Source: an uncultured Eubacteriales bacterium (GTDB lineage: Bacteria; Bacillota; Clostridia; Christensenellales; CAG-138). Taken from it: 64,000 bases of DNA. The notes under the pieces were generated by a model. It did not search any database. It saw nothing but the letters and a program-made list of their open reading frames with translations, and was not told where the DNA came from. Each line of letters opens with the position of its first letter. Position 1 is the stretch's first letter. Location of the stretch: positions 182,774 to 246,773 of the forward strand of contig UREK01000001.1 of NCBI GenBank assembly GCA_900546845.1. The letters are read 5' to 3'. Below are positions 52,333 to 59,848 of the stretch, one piece after another. The position numbers and the translations under genes are program-made.

Positions 52333-52800
52333 TTAAGTAAGCCTTAGCAAATATATGTTGCAGCCTTCCCGAATGCCGCAAAAGGAAAAGCCGGCTTTTT
52401 CCGCTATGGCGATGGATGCCCTCTGCTTTGGGGAGCATTCAATCACAATAGATGAAATCCCCTGTTGGCGCGCGTATTCGATCACAGCTCCTGTAAGCTC
52501 GCTTGCTACCCCGCGCCGCCAATATCGCCGGTTCAGAATCCAGCCGAGCTCATAACTGCCGCCTTCGTACGGATGAAAGATCAGGTGGCCGATCACCTTG
52601 CCGTCCGCTTTGCTGCAAACCGCATAGACCAACGGCGGTTCGGACATGCCCGCTTCCCGCAGAAAGGCGCACGTTCGCTCCATGGAAAACGGCGGCTCGA
52701 CGCATGCCATCGCCTGCGGGTCGGACAACACTTCATATAGGCTTTCCGCATCCCCTATGGCCATGTTGCGGATAATACAGCGCTCCGTTTCAATCAACAT
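52333..52800 (-). CDS. GNAT-family (RimJ/RimL-like) N-acetyltransferase
   Basis: Start at MLIETERCIIRNMAIGDAESLYEVLSDP (52800). Contains WRRGVASELTGAVIEYA. Confidence 0.8.
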   Translation of the reverse strand: MLIETERCIIRNMAIGDAESLYEVLSDPQAMACVEPPFSMERTCAFLREAGMSEPPLVYAVCSKADGKVIGHLIFHPYEGGSYELGWILNRRYWRRGVASELTGAVIEYARQQGISSIVIECSPKQRASIAIAEKAGFSFCGIREGCNIYLLRLT

Positions 52801-53034
52801 TTGGCGCCCTCGTACACTTTTTTCTCCCCAAAGTATAGCATAGGTTGGTGGGAGAATCCACCACCGCATCCAGCGCTTTTGAGATGCGCTTGCTGGCTGC
52901 GGAAGATGAATGCTCCTTGCTGGCCACAGCGGTGCGATCCTCCTGAAAAGTGCGCGCGGCCCTTGCAAGCGCGTACGGCGGAGCATATAATAAGGAAAAA
53001 CGCGGTGCAAGGCCGCTTGAACGAGGTGGATAGA

Positions 53035-53610
53035 ATGGAACCGTATGCAGAGATCAACGCGCAGGCCAACGCGGCGCTGGATGAGCTGTTCGCGGCGGCG
53101 GATACGCTGCGCGCGGGGGATATTTTTGTTGTGGGCTGCTCCACGAGCGAGGTCATGGGCAAGATGATCGGCACGGGCTCAAACGAAGATGCGGCGAAGG
53201 CCATCATGGACGCTGTGCTGCCGCGCGTGCGGGAGCGGGGTCTGTTCCTCGCTGTGCAATGCTGCGAGCACCTGAACCGCTGCCTGGTAGTGGAACGCAT
53301 GTGCATGGAGAAGTTTGGCCTCCAACAGGTCTGGGTGAAGCCGCAGCTCCACGCGGGCGGCGCATTTTCCATGCAGGCCGTAGCGCGCTTTGACGAGCCT
53401 GTGATGGTGGAGGATCTGCGCGGCCGCGCATCCGCGGGCATGGACATTGGCGGCACCTTCATCGGCATGCACCTGCATCCGGTAGTTGTCCCCGTGCATG
53501 CAAAAACGCGCAAAATCGGTGAGGCAAACCTGACGATGGCCCGTACGCGGCCCAAATATGTCGGCGGCCCGCGCGCACAATACGACGAAATGCCGCATCC
53601 AAAAGCGTAG
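53035..53610 (+). CDS. TIGR01440/UPF0340 (YwlG-like) family protein
   Basis: Start at MEPYAEINAQANAALDELF (53035). GDIFVVGCSTSEVMG and LAVQCCEHLNR are characteristic. Confidence 0.7.
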   Translation: MEPYAEINAQANAALDELFAAADTLRAGDIFVVGCSTSEVMGKMIGTGSNEDAAKAIMDAVLPRVRERGLFLAVQCCEHLNRCLVVERMCMEKFGLQQVWVKPQLHAGGAFSMQAVARFDEPVMVEDLRGRASAGMDIGGTFIGMHLHPVVVPVHAKTRKIGEANLTMARTRPKYVGGPRAQYDEMPHPKA

Positions 53611-53679
53611 CGCTGGAGGCGGGCGCAGGAACTGTATAAAACGAAAAATAATATACAATAAATAATTTAAGCGAAAAAA

Positions 53680-53711
53680 GGGCTGACCATGAAAATGGCC
53701 GCTCTTTTTTT
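53680..53711 (+). terminator. possible terminator (imperfect hairpin + T7)
   Basis: gggctgaccat-gaaa-atggccgctc followed by ttttttt. Confidence 0.4.
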
Positions 53712-53722
53712 CCAAAAAACCA

Positions 53723-53751
53723 TTGCGCTTTCGGATTCCATCCATTATAAT
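53723..53751 (+). promoter_or_regulatory. promoter TTGCGC-17-TATAAT
   Basis: -35 at 53723..53728 and -10 at 53746..53751. The predicted start (~53758) coincides with the 5' end of the structured element. Confidence 0.45.
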
Positions 53752-53758
53752 AATAAAA

Positions 53759-53990
53759 GTTATCCAAAGGTTCGGGTCTGTGGTTGCAAGTCGATGCCAG
53801 TCGCAGGCGAAACGATCCACATAAGCGGGGCAAGGCCCCCGTGAGCATGGTGCGGCTTAGATGTAAGCCCGGCCGGGGCGCAGGCCCCGAGAGAAGCAGT
53901 AGTGGGGGGCGCGCATGCCTAGTAGCGAACCTTCCAGCCGGCGGGTGTGGGGGCAAAGACCAGGTCAGCCGAAATCTGGATAACAAAAAA
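53759..53990 (+). ncRNA. candidate structured RNA / long 5' leader of the zinc-ribbon gene (class unknown)
   Basis: A GC-rich, ORF-poor ~230 nt between an AT-rich promoter and an AT-rich tract. The ends pair (tatcca 53761-66 with tggata 53977-82; ttcgg 53771-75 with ccgaa 53969-73). Internal hairpins at 53854-69 (ggctta/taagcc) and 53874-89 (cggggc/gccccg), plus a gcatg/catgc closing pair (53845-49 with 53914-18). Confidence 0.35.
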
Positions 53991-54017
53991 TAATTTTTAC
54001 AAGGGGATATCAGACAC

Positions 54018-54290
54018 ATGTTCCAGGACAAGACATTGGTATGCAAGGATTGCGGCGCGGAATTCGTTTTCACCGCAGGCGAACAGGAATTCTACGCTGA
54101 AAAAGGCTTCCAGAACGAGCCGATCCGTTGCAAAGCGTGCCGGAACGCCCGCAAGAGCCAGCGCTCAAATGACCGCGAAATGTACGATGCGGTCTGCGCA
54201 CAGTGCGGCGCGCCCACCAAGATCCCGTTCGTTCCCAAGAACGACCGGCCCATCTACTGCAGCGCCTGCTTCCAGAGCCGCAGAGGCTAA
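54018..54290 (+). CDS. double zinc-ribbon protein (CxxC-x17-CxxC type)
   Basis: 90 aa. CKDCGAEF...CKAC and CAQCGAPT...CSAC. AAGGGGA SD. Confidence 0.75.
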   Translation: MFQDKTLVCKDCGAEFVFTAGEQEFYAEKGFQNEPIRCKACRNARKSQRSNDREMYDAVCAQCGAPTKIPFVPKNDRPIYCSACFQSRRG

Positions 54291-54391
54291 AGAGGCAAAC
54301 GCGCTTGTAGACGAGCGCAAGGACCCCCGTGCTTGGGGCTAATCCCCTTTGTTCCGCGAGACGCGGCAAAACGGTGAATTAGAAAAGGCAG

Positions 54392-54419
54392 AAAGCTCCG
54401 AGTTTTCGGAGCTTTTTTT
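54392..54419 (+). terminator. intrinsic terminator after the zinc-ribbon gene
   Basis: Stem aaagctccga/tcggagcttt with loop gttt, followed by T-run. Confidence 0.7.
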
Positions 54420-54501
54420 GCGCCTGCAACGGCGGCGAAAAGCATTGCAATTACGCAAAAGGCTTGCTAATATAAAAGAAAACGGGAAAGGAGCGTTTAG
54501 G

Positions 54502-55146
54502 ATGAACCAGAGCACGAAAGGCATTCCGAAAAAGGGGGTGCCCGAAGGCTTTCTATATGTCGATGAAGTGATCGAGGATTGCATTGTAGACGCAAAATAT
54601 GCGGGCACGGATAATTTCATGGGCCGCCCGGCGGATGGCTACACCGTGCCGCTTGTGGTCGTAACCAGGGAGGCGGCGGAGCGGCTTGTAAAGGCAGCGG
54701 CGGTTTTCCGCGAAAAGGGCTGCCTGATGAAGTTTTACGATTCCTACCGCCCGCAGCGCGCGGTGGACGATTTCATGCGCTGGGGCGCGGACGTGGAGGA
54801 TGATCGCCGCAAGCCCGTGCATTACCCAAATGTGGCGAAGGCGGAGATGTTCGAGCTTGGCTATATCGCCAGGCGTTCCGGCCATACGCGCGGCTGCGCG
54901 GTCGACTTGACGCTTGTGGACGCTTCCACCATGCAGGAACTCGATATGGGCACCATCTTTGACTTTATGGATGAGCGCTCCCACCACGGGGCCGAGGGCC
55001 TTACTCCGTTGCAGGAGGCGAACCGCAAGCTGCTGTGCGACGTGATGTGCGCAAACGGCTTCCGTTCGTTCGAGAGCGAATGGTGGCATTACGCTGTTAC
55101 GCCGGAACCGTATCCGGACACGTATTTCGACTTCCCGATTGAATGA
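54502..55146 (+). CDS. D-alanyl-D-alanine dipeptidase (M15D, VanX/DdpX family)
   Basis: Start at MNQSTKGIPKKG (54502). YRPQRAV, SGHTRGCAVDLT (SxHxxGxAxD) and ESEWWHY (EWWH) motifs. Confidence 0.85.
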   Translation: MNQSTKGIPKKGVPEGFLYVDEVIEDCIVDAKYAGTDNFMGRPADGYTVPLVVVTREAAERLVKAAAVFREKGCLMKFYDSYRPQRAVDDFMRWGADVEDDRRKPVHYPNVAKAEMFELGYIARRSGHTRGCAVDLTLVDASTMQELDMGTIFDFMDERSHHGAEGLTPLQEANRKLLCDVMCANGFRSFESEWWHYAVTPEPYPDTYFDFPIE

Positions 55147-55201
55147 GGCGGAAAAACGGTTCGGCTGCGGCGCACGGAAAAACGGAAGCGCGTAGTCTCC
55201 G

Positions 55202-55229
55202 GCCCGGGCATAGCCCGGGCTGTTCTTTA
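55202..55229 (+). terminator. intrinsic terminator
   Basis: gcccgggc-ata-gcccgggc followed by TGTTCTTT. Confidence 0.5.
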
Positions 55230-55380
55230 TGGAGCCTGCAAAGGGAAAAAGCATGGGGATTTCTTTAACAATGGTTGTAAGCGGGGGAAGGCTCCTTTAT
55301 AATAGACCTGACTGGTTTTGAAAATCAGCCGGGCGCGTGCGCGGCTGAAATATATTTATTCAAAAGTACGGGAGGGTATT

Positions 55381-56616
55381 ATGATCCAATTTGACCTGAT
55401 CCGCGCGGTGGATCCGCAGGTCGCTGAGGCGATGGAACTTGAGCTCGCGCGCCAGCGCGACCATCTGGAGCTGATTGCATCCGAAAACTTTGTTTCCGAG
55501 GCCGTTATGGCGGCGATGGGCAGCCACCTGACGAACAAATACGCGGAAGGCTACCCCGGCAAGCGCTATTACGGCGGATGCCAGTGCGTGGACATCGTAG
55601 AAAACCTGGCCCGGGAGCGCGCCTGCAAACTCTTCGGCGCAGAGCATGCCAACGTGCAGCCGCACTCCGGCGCGCAGGCGAACCTCGCTGTTTATTTTGC
55701 GCTCCTGAACTATGGAGACACCGTGCTTGGCATGGATCTTTCCCACGGTGGGCACCTGACCCACGGCAGCCCCGTAAACATGTCCGGAAAATACTACAAC
55801 TTTGTCTCCTATGGCTTAAATCCGGAGACGGAGATGATCGACTATGACGAGGTGCGCCGCCTTGCGCTTGCGAACAAACCAAAGCTCCTCGTCGCGGGCG
55901 CTTCCGCCTATCCGCGTGCGATCGACTTTGCGAAGCTGCGCGAGATCGCGGACGAAGCGGGCGCGCTCTTCATGGTGGATATGGCGCACATAGCGGGGCT
56001 TGTTGCGGCGGGGCTGCACATGAACCCCGTGCCCTATGCAGACGTCGTCACCACTACCACGCATAAGACGCTGCGCGGCCCCCGCGGCGGCATGATCCTC
56101 TGCAAGGAAACGCTTGCCAAGCAGATTGACAAGGCGATCTTCCCAGGCACGCAGGGCGGCCCACTGATGCATACCATCGCGGCGAAGGCTGTCTGCTTTG
56201 AGGAGGCTTTGCAGCCGGCGTTCAGGGCGTATCAGCAGCAGGTCGTCAACAACGCGCAGACGCTTGCGGCCGGCCTTTCCGAAAAGGGCGTGAAGCTCGT
56301 CTCCGGCGGCACGGACAACCATCTACTGCTCGTTGATCTCGGTGCGGAAGGCCGCACCGGCAAGGAAGTCGAAGCGCTGCTCGACGCGGCGAACATCACC
56401 GCCAACAAGAACACTGTCCCCGGCGAGACGCGCAGCCCCTTCGTCACGAGCGGCATCCGCCTCGGCACCCCGGCCGTTACGAGCCGCGGCCTGAAGGAAG
56501 CGGACATGGCGCTTGTCGCAGGCTACATCGTCCGGATCATCAACGAGGGCGAGGCTGCTGTGCCGGAAGTGAAGGAAGGCGTGCTGGCGCTCACAAAGAA
56601 GTATCCGTTGTATTAA
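55381..56616 (+). CDS. glyA: serine hydroxymethyltransferase
   Basis: Start at [18 protein letters not shown] (55381). LIASENFVS and [14 protein letters not shown] (PLP-Lys) motifs. Confidence 0.92.
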   Translation: MIQFDLIRAVDPQVAEAMELELARQRDHLELIASENFVSEAVMAAMGSHLTNKYAEGYPGKRYYGGCQCVDIVENLARERACKLFGAEHANVQPHSGAQANLAVYFALLNYGDTVLGMDLSHGGHLTHGSPVNMSGKYYNFVSYGLNPETEMIDYDEVRRLALANKPKLLVAGASAYPRAIDFAKLREIADEAGALFMVDMAHIAGLVAAGLHMNPVPYADVVTTTTHKTLRGPRGGMILCKETLAKQIDKAIFPGTQGGPLMHTIAAKAVCFEEALQPAFRAYQQQVVNNAQTLAAGLSEKGVKLVSGGTDNHLLLVDLGAEGRTGKEVEALLDAANITANKNTVPGETRSPFVTSGIRLGTPAVTSRGLKEADMALVAGYIVRIINEGEAAVPEVKEGVLALTKKYPLY

Positions 56617-56642
56617 GTAAAAAGCATAGCAAAATAGCAAAA

Positions 56643-56679
56643 AATGAGCAGGGTGTAGGCCCTGCTCATTGTCTGTTTT
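56643..56679. terminator. bidirectional terminator
   Basis: 11-bp stem aatgagcaggg/ccctgctcatt, flanked by an A-run and GTCTGTTTT. Confidence 0.65.
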
Positions 56680-56688
56680 GATTGTTGT

Positions 56689-57108
56689 TCATGGGTGCTC
56701 GTGGTGCCGGTAAAGCACCTCGCGCGTTTCAACGCGCGGCGTGCCTCCGGGTTCATCTGCCGGGAAATGATCTTCCACGATGTAGGTCACCAGACGATCC
56801 TGATAGCGCCCATCCAGAGGGCATTGGCTGTATTCCCAGGTATCCTCCTTGGGGGTGATGATGGTCTCCGATGCATCGGGAAGGATCAGATTCGGCACGG
56901 TGCCGGAAGGCTCTGCAATGTCCTGCCCCGCATCCGGTGTGGGCTGAGTTTCTGCCGACGCAATAGGCTCTGCGGGATCGGCCACAGCATCCTGCGATCC
57001 CGGGAGCACACCGCAGGAGCACAGGACAAGGCACAGCGCGAGCAGAAAAGGAAGGAAAGAGATGCGCTTAAAAATTAGATTTACCTGCTTAATTGTCTTC
57101 ATGATCAT
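56689..57108 (-). CDS. hypothetical lipoprotein with a CPLDGRYQDR motif
   Basis: 139 aa. Signal/lipobox FLLALCLVLCSCG. C-terminal YSQCPLDGRYQDRLVTY is shared with the adjacent ORF. Confidence 0.55.
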   Translation of the reverse strand: MIMKTIKQVNLIFKRISFLPFLLALCLVLCSCGVLPGSQDAVADPAEPIASAETQPTPDAGQDIAEPSGTVPNLILPDASETIITPKEDTWEYSQCPLDGRYQDRLVTYIVEDHFPADEPGGTPRVETREVLYRHHEHP

Positions 57109-57447
57109 TTACAGTACAGGAGGATGGTCATAATTTCGCGAGGTGGTTGTATATTCTTCTGTCCAACCTAATGCCCCGCAATTATCGCAATTATAGTATT
57201 CAGTGTAGTAGCGCGTAACCATACGATCCTGATAACGGCCATCCAATGGGCACGCACTAAAGGAACTACTGAAGGAACTATTACTATTTTCAATATAATG
57301 TAAAAGTATAATATTGTCAATAGAAAATGAAGCACTTTGCAAGCTGAGCGCGGAAGAAATTTGGGATTGATCGGATAAATCCAAACCAACCTGCTTGGGA
57401 TTCTTGACAGAGCGCCTTCCTGGTGGTATAGTATACCCGAAATCCAA
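57109..57447 (-). CDS. possible small paralogue (CPLDGRYQDR ... CDNC); start uncertain, may be a shorter CDS (TTG at 57342) or a pseudogene
   Basis: Its stop TAA abuts the next ATG. The C-terminal part (ACPLDGRYQDRMVTRYYTEYYNCDNCG) is paralogous to neighbours. The N-terminal third overlaps the Rrf2-regulator promoter/operator region, and there is no signal peptide. Confidence 0.3.
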   Translation of the reverse strand: MDFGYTIPPGRRSVKNPKQVGLDLSDQSQISSALSLQSASFSIDNIILLHYIENSNSSFSSSFSACPLDGRYQDRMVTRYYTEYYNCDNCGALGWTEEYTTTSRNYDHPPVL

Positions 57448-57464
57448 CCAAGCTACTTGGGATT
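57361..57464 (+). promoter_or_regulatory. promoter TTGACA-17-TGgTATAGT (57404..57432) embedded in an array of TTGGGATT / AAATCCAA half-sites (candidate Rrf2-regulator operators)
   Basis: Half-sites: TTGGGATT at 57361, AAATCCAA at 57377, TTGGGATT at 57395, AAATCCAA at 57440, TTGGGATT at 57457. Two AAATCCAA-N9/10-TTGGGATT dyads bracket the -35/-10. Confidence 0.5.
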
Positions 57465-57476
57465 GAGGTGAGGAAC

Positions 57477-57914
57477 GTGAAGCTTTCCACGCGCGGGCGC
57501 TATGGCCTGAAGGCTATGGTAGACCTTGCGATCGCCTATGGGGGCGGCCCGGTGAGCACTTCTGCGCTTGCGGCGCAGCAGGGCGTGAGCGACGCGTATC
57601 TCGAGCAACTCATCAGCAGCCTGCGCAAGGCGGGGCTTGTGACCTCCAGCCGCGGCGCGCAGGGCGGTTACGCGCTTTCCCGCCCGCCGGAGGAGATCAA
57701 CGTCGGCGAGATCCTCCGCGTGCTCGAAGGCTCCACCACGGTGATCGACTGCGTGAGCTCCGAACACGTCAGCTGCGACAACGCATGCTCCTGCTCCGCA
57801 CGGCCGCTCTGGCTGAAGCTGCAGGCCAGCATCAACGAGGTACTCGCGGCCACGAGCCTCAAAGACATGGCGGATGATTACAAGATCCAGACGGAGCGGA
57901 TGAGCCAAAAATAA
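57477..57914 (+). CDS. Rrf2-family transcriptional regulator (IscR/CymR-like)
   Basis: GTG at 57477 gives MKLSTRGRYGLKAMVDLA (canonical Rrf2 N-terminus), 8 nt after GAGG. C-terminal Cys cluster CVSSEHVSCDNACSC. Confidence 0.85.
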   Translation: MKLSTRGRYGLKAMVDLAIAYGGGPVSTSALAAQQGVSDAYLEQLISSLRKAGLVTSSRGAQGGYALSRPPEEINVGEILRVLEGSTTVIDCVSSEHVSCDNACSCSARPLWLKLQASINEVLAATSLKDMADDYKIQTERMSQK

Positions 57915-57966
57915 GCCGCCGCGCCTTTTACGACAGTGAAAAATGAAAGGATGGTCCCAATAGAGA

Positions 57967-59127
57967 ATGAGAAAGGTTTATCTTGACAATGCGGCCACAA
58001 CCGCGCTTTCCCCGAAGGTGCTCGAACAGATGATGCCGTATCTTACAGCCATATACGGCAACCCCTCCAGCCCGCATTCCTTTGGGCAGGAAGCACGCAA
58101 GGGTGTGGAGCACGCGCGCGACCAGGTGGCTAAGGCGCTCAACGCGCTGCCGGAGGAGATCATCTTCACCGGCTGCGGCACGGAAAGCGACAATACCGTC
58201 CTCTTTGGCGTGGCCGAGCGCTATGCAAAGAAGGGCAATCACATCATCACCACCAACGTGGAGCACCATGCGATCCTGCATACCTGCGAAGCGCTCGAAA
58301 AGCGCGGGATCGAGGTCACCTACCTCCCCGTAGACGAAAACGGTATGGTCACGGCGGAGCAGGTTGCAAATGCGATCACGGATAAAACCATCCTCGTCTC
58401 CATCATGTTCGCAAACAACGAGGTCGGCACTATAATGCCCATCGCAGAGATCGGCAAGGTCTGCCGGGAACGCGGCGTGCTGTTCCATACGGACGCGGTG
58501 CAGGCCGTCGGCCATATGCCGATTGACGTGAAGGCGATGAACATCGACATGCTTTCCCTTTCCGCGCACAAGTTCCATGGCCCCAAAGGGGTGGGCGCGC
58601 TTTATATGAAGAAGGGTGTCCGCCTGCCTGCCTATGTGATGGGAGGTGCGCAGGAGCGCAACCGCCGCGCGGGCACGGAAAACGTTGCGGGCATCGTGGG
58701 CCTTGGCGCTGCGATCGAACTTGCGACGGAGAACCTTGCGGAGAGCGCCGCGCGCATGACAAAGCTGCGGGATAAGCTCATCGCGGGCATTGCGGCGCGC
58801 ATCCCGGAGGTGAAGCTCAACGGCCATCCAACGCTGCGCCTCCCCAATAACGTGAATTACAGCATCAAGTACATCGAAGGTGAATCCATCCTGCTGATGC
58901 TGGACATGAACGGCATCGCCGCATCGAGCGGCTCCGCCTGTACGTCCGGTTCGCTCGACCCTTCGCATGTGCTGCTCGCGCTCGGCCTTACGCATGAGGT
59001 CGCGCACGGCTCCGTGCGCCTCACGTTGAGCGACGAAACGACGGAGGAGGACATCGACTATGTGCTCGAGGTTCTGCCCAAGGTGGCGGAGCGCCTGCGC
59101 GCAATGTCCCCGCTTTACCACGGATAA
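57967..59127 (+). CDS. iscS: cysteine desulfurase (NifS/IscS type)
   Basis: 386 aa. LSAHKFHGPKGVGALY (PLP-Lys) and SSGSACTSG (active-site Cys loop). Confidence 0.9.
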   Translation: MRKVYLDNAATTALSPKVLEQMMPYLTAIYGNPSSPHSFGQEARKGVEHARDQVAKALNALPEEIIFTGCGTESDNTVLFGVAERYAKKGNHIITTNVEHHAILHTCEALEKRGIEVTYLPVDENGMVTAEQVANAITDKTILVSIMFANNEVGTIMPIAEIGKVCRERGVLFHTDAVQAVGHMPIDVKAMNIDMLSLSAHKFHGPKGVGALYMKKGVRLPAYVMGGAQERNRRAGTENVAGIVGLGAAIELATENLAESAARMTKLRDKLIAGIAARIPEVKLNGHPTLRLPNNVNYSIKYIEGESILLMLDMNGIAASSGSACTSGSLDPSHVLLALGLTHEVAHGSVRLTLSDETTEEDIDYVLEVLPKVAERLRAMSPLYHG

Positions 59128-59156
59128 CGGATTTTTCGAAAGGAGAAAGGCGATAT

Positions 59157-59561
59157 ATGTATACCGAAAAGGTTCTGGATCACTTCAGCAATCCCCGCAA
59201 CATGGGCGAGGTGGAGGACGCCAACGGCGTCGGCATGGTGGGCAACGCCAAGTGCGGCGACATCATGCAGATGTTCATCAAGGTAAATGACGACGGCATC
59301 ATCGAGGACTGCGGCTTCAAGACGTTCGGCTGCGGCGCTGCGATTGCGACGTCCTCTATGGCGACGGAGATGATCAAGGGAAAGTCCATCGACGAAGCGC
59401 TCAAACTCTCCAACGCTGCTGTTGTAGAGGCGCTTGAGGGCCTGCCGCCGCAGAAGATCCACTGCTCTGTACTTGCGGAGGAAGCTGTCAAGAGCGCAAT
59501 CGAGGATTATTACAAACGCAAGAACGGCGAAGTGCCGGAAACGGAAAAGAAAGCGGAATAA
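59157..59561 (+). CDS. iscU: Fe-S cluster assembly scaffold IscU/NifU-N
   Basis: 134 aa. NAKCGD, FGCGAAIATSS and IHCSVLAEEA (three ligand Cys). Confidence 0.9.
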   Translation: MYTEKVLDHFSNPRNMGEVEDANGVGMVGNAKCGDIMQMFIKVNDDGIIEDCGFKTFGCGAAIATSSMATEMIKGKSIDEALKLSNAAVVEALEGLPPQKIHCSVLAEEAVKSAIEDYYKRKNGEVPETEKKAE

Positions 59562-59570
59562 AAGGATACA

Positions 59571-59613
59571 AAAGGGCCGGAGCGGCGTGCTGAACGCCGT
59601 TCCGGCCCTTTTT
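59571..59613 (+). terminator. strong intrinsic terminator after iscU
   Basis: Long hairpin aaagggccggagcggcgt...acgccgttccggcccttt followed by TTT. Confidence 0.7.
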
Positions 59614-59848
59614 GCAGTTTTATATGTGCCACTGCGGGGCGGGGAGGGCAGCCAGCCCCGCGCGAAGGTGAGTACCGCAAGGAAAGCGCCGGGCGCGGCA
59701 AACGGAAGGTGCCAAGCGCTTTCAAACCGGAAGAAAACGCGGCGCTTTGCTGCCAAAAAATTTGAATAAAGGAGATGATTTTTCTATGGAAATGCGCTAT
59801 AATAAAATAGTTTGAATTAAAAAGTATAGTACAAAGGAGCATGAAGAC

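Noticed and set aside
53950-53975. SRP (4.5S) RNA, suggested by ACCAGGTCAG and a nearby GAAGCAG
   Set aside because: The two conserved strings are in the wrong order and about 60 nt apart. No GNRA-capped helix-8 arrangement can be drawn. The region is kept only as an unclassified structured RNA candidate.
55290-55380. ZTP (pfl) riboswitch upstream of glyA, suggested by TGACTGG ... CCGGGCG
   Set aside because: Only about 50 nt are available after the promoter-like TTGTAA/TATAAT. The P2 hairpin and the CCGCCUGGGC pseudoknot segment of the ZTP consensus are absent.
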